Below the pieces are notes generated by a model. The model saw only the letters and a program-made list of their open reading frames with translations, was not told the origin of the DNA and ran no database searches. 64,000 bases of DNA from Candidatus Omnitrophota bacterium (GTDB lineage Bacteria > Omnitrophota > Gorgyraeia > Gygaellales > Profunditerraquicolaceae). The first letter of the stretch is position 1, and each line of letters begins with the position of its first letter. Both the position numbers and the translations under genes were made by a program. This document shows positions 60,936 through 64,000 of this stretch, piece by piece. The stretch spans positions 255,045-319,044 of the forward strand of contig JAPLLX010000004.1 of the NCBI GenBank assembly GCA_026387335.1, written 5' to 3'.

Positions 60936-61751
60936 ATGACCAAAATTAAAACTCAAGTTTCCATAATCCTCGCGGTTATATTCCTGTCGGGTTGCGCCTG
61001 CTATAGTTTTAAAAAAGGCGAGTCTCCCTACAATAACGGTTTTGTAGCCTCAAGATACGGCAGAGTACTTCCTGAATATACCATCGGTAAAGACAATTCT
61101 GTCCCGGATGAAGCGGTAGCTAAGGAACGCTTCAAAAGGCGTAGGATTGAAGTCGAGGCTTATTATAAAAAAATGGGTTATATTAAAAACCGCTTTAGAC
61201 AGATGTTTATTGACCCGCCTTTTTTTATGATTCAGGCTGTATCCGGTGTGTTCTATATGCCATCAGTAGCTATCAATGATTACAAATATAATCACGATGC
61301 CGCATATAAAGAGAAGATAGACAAACAGGAAGATGCTGAGTATAGGGCTGAAAAAGAGCGGCTCAGGGTTTTAAAGGAGAAACTAAACTCTTACATTCAG
61401 AATGATTTACAGAAAGAAACGCCCGCAGTCGCGCCAACCGCAGAACCGGTTAAAAAAGAATCTTTGCCACCGGAAAAGGCCAAGCCAGTTGTTAGTGAAG
61501 AAGCTCTTGCGCCTAAGGCCGTAGAAGCTCCTGCCAAGGAAGTGGCTGCGAAGATTCCTAACGCGGTTATCGTTGCTAAACCCCTGAAAGGGGTTTCGCC
61601 TTTAACTGTGCAATTTTACGGTTCTAAATCTTCTTCTCCCAACGGCAGGATAATCTCTTATCTTTGGGATTTTGGCGACGGAGATACCTCTACAAAGAAG
61701 AATCCTATGAATACCTACTGGAGCACAACCTACGGCTCGCGTAAACATTGA
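60936..61751 (+). CDS. Lipoprotein with an incomplete C-terminal PKD domain
   Basis: Lipobox LSGC; P/A/E/K linker; PLTVQF..YLWDFGDG..NP; ends before the usual final PKD strands. Confidence 0.78.
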   Translation: MTKIKTQVSIILAVIFLSGCACYSFKKGESPYNNGFVASRYGRVLPEYTIGKDNSVPDEAVAKERFKRRRIEVEAYYKKMGYIKNRFRQMFIDPPFFMIQAVSGVFYMPSVAINDYKYNHDAAYKEKIDKQEDAEYRAEKERLRVLKEKLNSYIQNDLQKETPAVAPTAEPVKKESLPPEKAKPVVSEEALAPKAVEAPAKEVAAKIPNAVIVAKPLKGVSPLTVQFYGSKSSSPNGRIISYLWDFGDGDTSTKKNPMNTYWSTTYGSRKH

Positions 61752-61774
61752 AGTACTTTCAAAATAAAACTCTT

Positions 61775-61837
61775 TAAATAGGGACAGCGACCGTTTTTTG
61801 TCTATGCGACCAAAAAAACGGTCGCTGTCCCTATTTA
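61775..61837. repeat. Palindromic element family A, copy A5 (63 bp, reversed, diverged arms)
   Basis: Arms TAAATAGGGACAGCGACCGTTTTTT; loop region is the reverse complement of the A3 loop. Confidence 0.93.
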
Positions 61838-62009
61838 ATTCGATTTTTGAGTTTTAGCTGAAATAAAAGATATTGTAAATATTAGGGATACGTCAAAACC
61901 GCCTCTTACTTTCAAAACCCCGAAAATAGCTATTTTTAGCAAAATAAACCCTTCAAATTTATCAAATCCCAAAAATCTCCGCTTCCGACGGAAAAATCAA
62001 AGATTTTAC

Positions 62010-62069
62010 TTGACAAAATGTATAATATGCTTTATCATTTGTTATTATATTATAGTACTTACTATAATA
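62010..62069 (+). promoter_or_regulatory. Promoter plus inverted-repeat operator candidate
   Basis: TTGACA-17-TATCAT; TATTATAGTA-CT-TACTATAATA at 62048-62069. Confidence 0.55.
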
Positions 62070-62114
62070 CACTATATACTGCTATTTGTTCTGCATTTAA
62101 AAAAAGGAGCACTA

Positions 62115-62345
62115 ATGAACAAAACCTTAATCTCACCTATTGAAATCAGTAAAAAATACAACATCTCCTATCAAACAATAAATTATTACACTAATCTGGG
62201 TTTATTAAAAGTGCGCCGGCGCGAAGGAAATAACCGGTTGTATAACAACAGGGAAGTGCGCTCGGGGTTAAGCAGGATAACGAAATTAAAGAGCCAGGGT
62301 TATTCCTTGCATCTTATCCGCGGGATTGTCATGAAAGAACAATGA
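62115..62345 (+). CDS. Small MerR-family HTH protein (start moved)
   Basis: ISYQTINYYTNLGLL...GNNRLY; SD AAGGAG before ATG 62115. Confidence 0.85.
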   Translation: MNKTLISPIEISKKYNISYQTINYYTNLGLLKVRRREGNNRLYNNREVRSGLSRITKLKSQGYSLHLIRGIVMKEQ

Positions 62346-63166
62346 GCTATTACTCGGTATTAGGCCTGAATAAAGAACCTTTTTCCACCAGCCCCGACCC
62401 GGAGTTTTTCTACGAGTCCAACGAGCATAAAGCCTGTCTCCTGCGGGTATTGGTAGAAATACGGCTGCGCCGGGGCTTAAGCGTTATTTTAGGAGATGTA
62501 GGCGTTGGTAAGACCACACTTTCACGTAAGCTTTTTCAGATGCTTAAAGAAAGACCGGATATACTTTTTTATATGGTGTTGGACCCGACTACCCCCAACG
62601 AAGAACTATTTCTGGAGTCATTAGTGCGGACGTTTAATATCCAGGATGAGCTCAAAACTTCACCCAGCATACTGGATTATAAAGAGGCGATCAAAAAATT
62701 TCTTTTTCAAAAAGGCGTAGAGGAAAATAAAACAATAGTTTTTGTTATAGACGAAGCCCAAAAACTTAATCCGGCTGCTTTGGAGATGCTACGCGTTTTA
62801 TTAAATTATGAGACTAATGAATATAAATTATTGCAGCTGGTTTTATTCTCGCAGATGGAGCTTTTGCCCCGGATAAAAGAGATTAAAAACTTTTTTGACC
62901 GGATAGTGCTTAAATATGTTATTAACCCTCTGGATGAAAAAGAGACCAGGGACATGATTAATTTTCGGTTGCAGCAGTCGGGCTTTAACTCAGAGCTGAA
63001 ACTCTTTACCGATGAGGCAATTAGCGAGATCCATCATTATAGCCAGGGTTACCCGCGCAGGATCAACCTGATTTGCCATAACGCGCTAAGGAATCTGATC
63101 ACCTCTAACCGGACAGTGATCGACGCTACCTTAGTGCGGGACCTGATAGCCAGGAGCGCAGTATAA
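62342..63166 (+). CDS. ExeA/GspA-type AAA ATPase
   Basis: EPFSTSPDPEFFY, GDVGVGKTT, IDEAQKL, GYPRRINLIC. Confidence 0.9.
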   Translation: MSYYSVLGLNKEPFSTSPDPEFFYESNEHKACLLRVLVEIRLRRGLSVILGDVGVGKTTLSRKLFQMLKERPDILFYMVLDPTTPNEELFLESLVRTFNIQDELKTSPSILDYKEAIKKFLFQKGVEENKTIVFVIDEAQKLNPAALEMLRVLLNYETNEYKLLQLVLFSQMELLPRIKEIKNFFDRIVLKYVINPLDEKETRDMINFRLQQSGFNSELKLFTDEAISEIHHYSQGYPRRINLICHNALRNLITSNRTVIDATLVRDLIARSAV

Positions 63167-63168
63167 CA

Positions 63169-63825
63169 ATGGATAAAGGGACCTCCGACGAAAGACTGCT
63201 TAAATTGATTGAAGGTGGCGCCGCGGGCGAAGCTAAACGCAAACAAAATATCGGCATAAGCCCTAAAAAATCATTCTCCGAGCTTATGCAGACGTCTAAA
63301 TTTAATCTAAGTTTGAAGGCGATTAAGGAGTTTAAACCCAATATCGTCGTCCTGAATAAAGGGTTAATGGTGTTGGCGGCAATAGTCACGGTCATACTGA
63401 TCTATAGCCTTTTTAGCGGGCCGGTCTTTTCAGCCTCTAATGCAGCATATTTTACTTCTGCCGATGTCTCTGCCGTAGCCAAACAATTATCCGCGAAAGA
63501 AAATCCGGGTTTGCTCCGCAAAAATATATTAAGCCAGGACATTAAGCGGAATGTTTTCCTGGCTCCGGGAACCAAGCTCACCTCGCTTACAGAAGCCGCC
63601 TCCGCCAATGTAACCGAGGTCGCTAAAGACCTAAAATTAGTGGGGATTATCTGGTCAGCTAACCCGGAGGTAATGATCGAATACGGAAAAGATTCCCGGA
63701 CCTATACCTTAAAGAAAGGGGATTCTTTTAACGGAGATCAATTTAAGGTTAAAGATGTTGCGCGTAACTTTGCGGTCTTAGAAGTTTCTATTGACGGTAG
63801 AGTAAACGAGTATGTGTTAAGATGA
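63169..63825 (+). CDS. GspC/PilP-like bitopic secretion/pilus assembly protein
   Basis: One TM; RNVF; LKLVGIIWS..PEVMIE...LKKGD. Confidence 0.65.
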   Translation: MDKGTSDERLLKLIEGGAAGEAKRKQNIGISPKKSFSELMQTSKFNLSLKAIKEFKPNIVVLNKGLMVLAAIVTVILIYSLFSGPVFSASNAAYFTSADVSAVAKQLSAKENPGLLRKNILSQDIKRNVFLAPGTKLTSLTEAASANVTEVAKDLKLVGIIWSANPEVMIEYGKDSRTYTLKKGDSFNGDQFKVKDVARNFAVLEVSIDGRVNEYVLR

Positions 63826-64000
63826 GCCGGCTGCGTTCTTTCTTTATATTTACGGTCATCTGTTTATTGAGTTTTAACTTCCTGTTGGCCCAGGACGCTA
63901 AAGAAGCTAAAATGAACGAACTACTGGAAAAACCTCTGCCAACAGAAGAAAAAAAGATTTCGCTGGATTTAAAAGGCATAGACATCAATGAGCTCTTTAA
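63822..64000 (+). CDS. Partial secretin-like (PilQ/GspD) protein N-terminus
   Basis: Signal peptide followed by KISLDLKGIDINELF; ATGA overlap with the previous gene; runs off the window. Confidence 0.65.
   Translation, partial: MSRLRSFFIFTVICLLSFNFLLAQDAKEAKMNELLEKPLPTEEKKISLDLKGIDINELF

Noticed and set aside
62010-62114. Hydrophobic N-terminal extension of the MerR ORF
   Set aside because: The TTG is the -35 box of a promoter; the SD supports ATG 62115

Overview
A bacterial chromosomal window spanning the replication origin. Genes read leftward up to rpmH (~15.6 kb) and rightward from dnaA (16.1 kb). Gene content and order suggest an anaerobe such as Candidatus Omnitrophota; this is an inference, not a tested placement. 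The window is mostly housekeeping: rarA, 6S RNA, thrS-infC-rpmI-rplT-pheST, parAB, yidCD, dnaAN, gyrBA, glmS, pyr genes, hyp genes, purH, folC, mnmE, folE, 7 tRNAs and the start of a T2SS/T4P-like cluster. Highlights: (1) two related families of dispersed palindromic elements ending in AGGGAC...GTCCCT (5 + 2 copies), one inserted in-frame as 21 codons in folC and one forming a protein C-terminus; (2) a free-standing LAGLIDADG gene between two tRNAs, and a LAGLIDADG intein in EndoQ; (3) an operon of two Ddl-like ATP-grasp ligases plus a KamA-family aminomutase, preceded by NrdR-like boxes and an attenuator-like leader, and followed by an EF-G paralog and a P-loop-less mini-YchF; (4) a PyrR attenuator containing a coupled 30-codon leader ORF; (5) no rnpA in the rpmH-yidD locus; (6) frameshift/deletion lesions in purH and a PKD lipoprotein. 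All product calls come from recognised motifs only; no database search was run.
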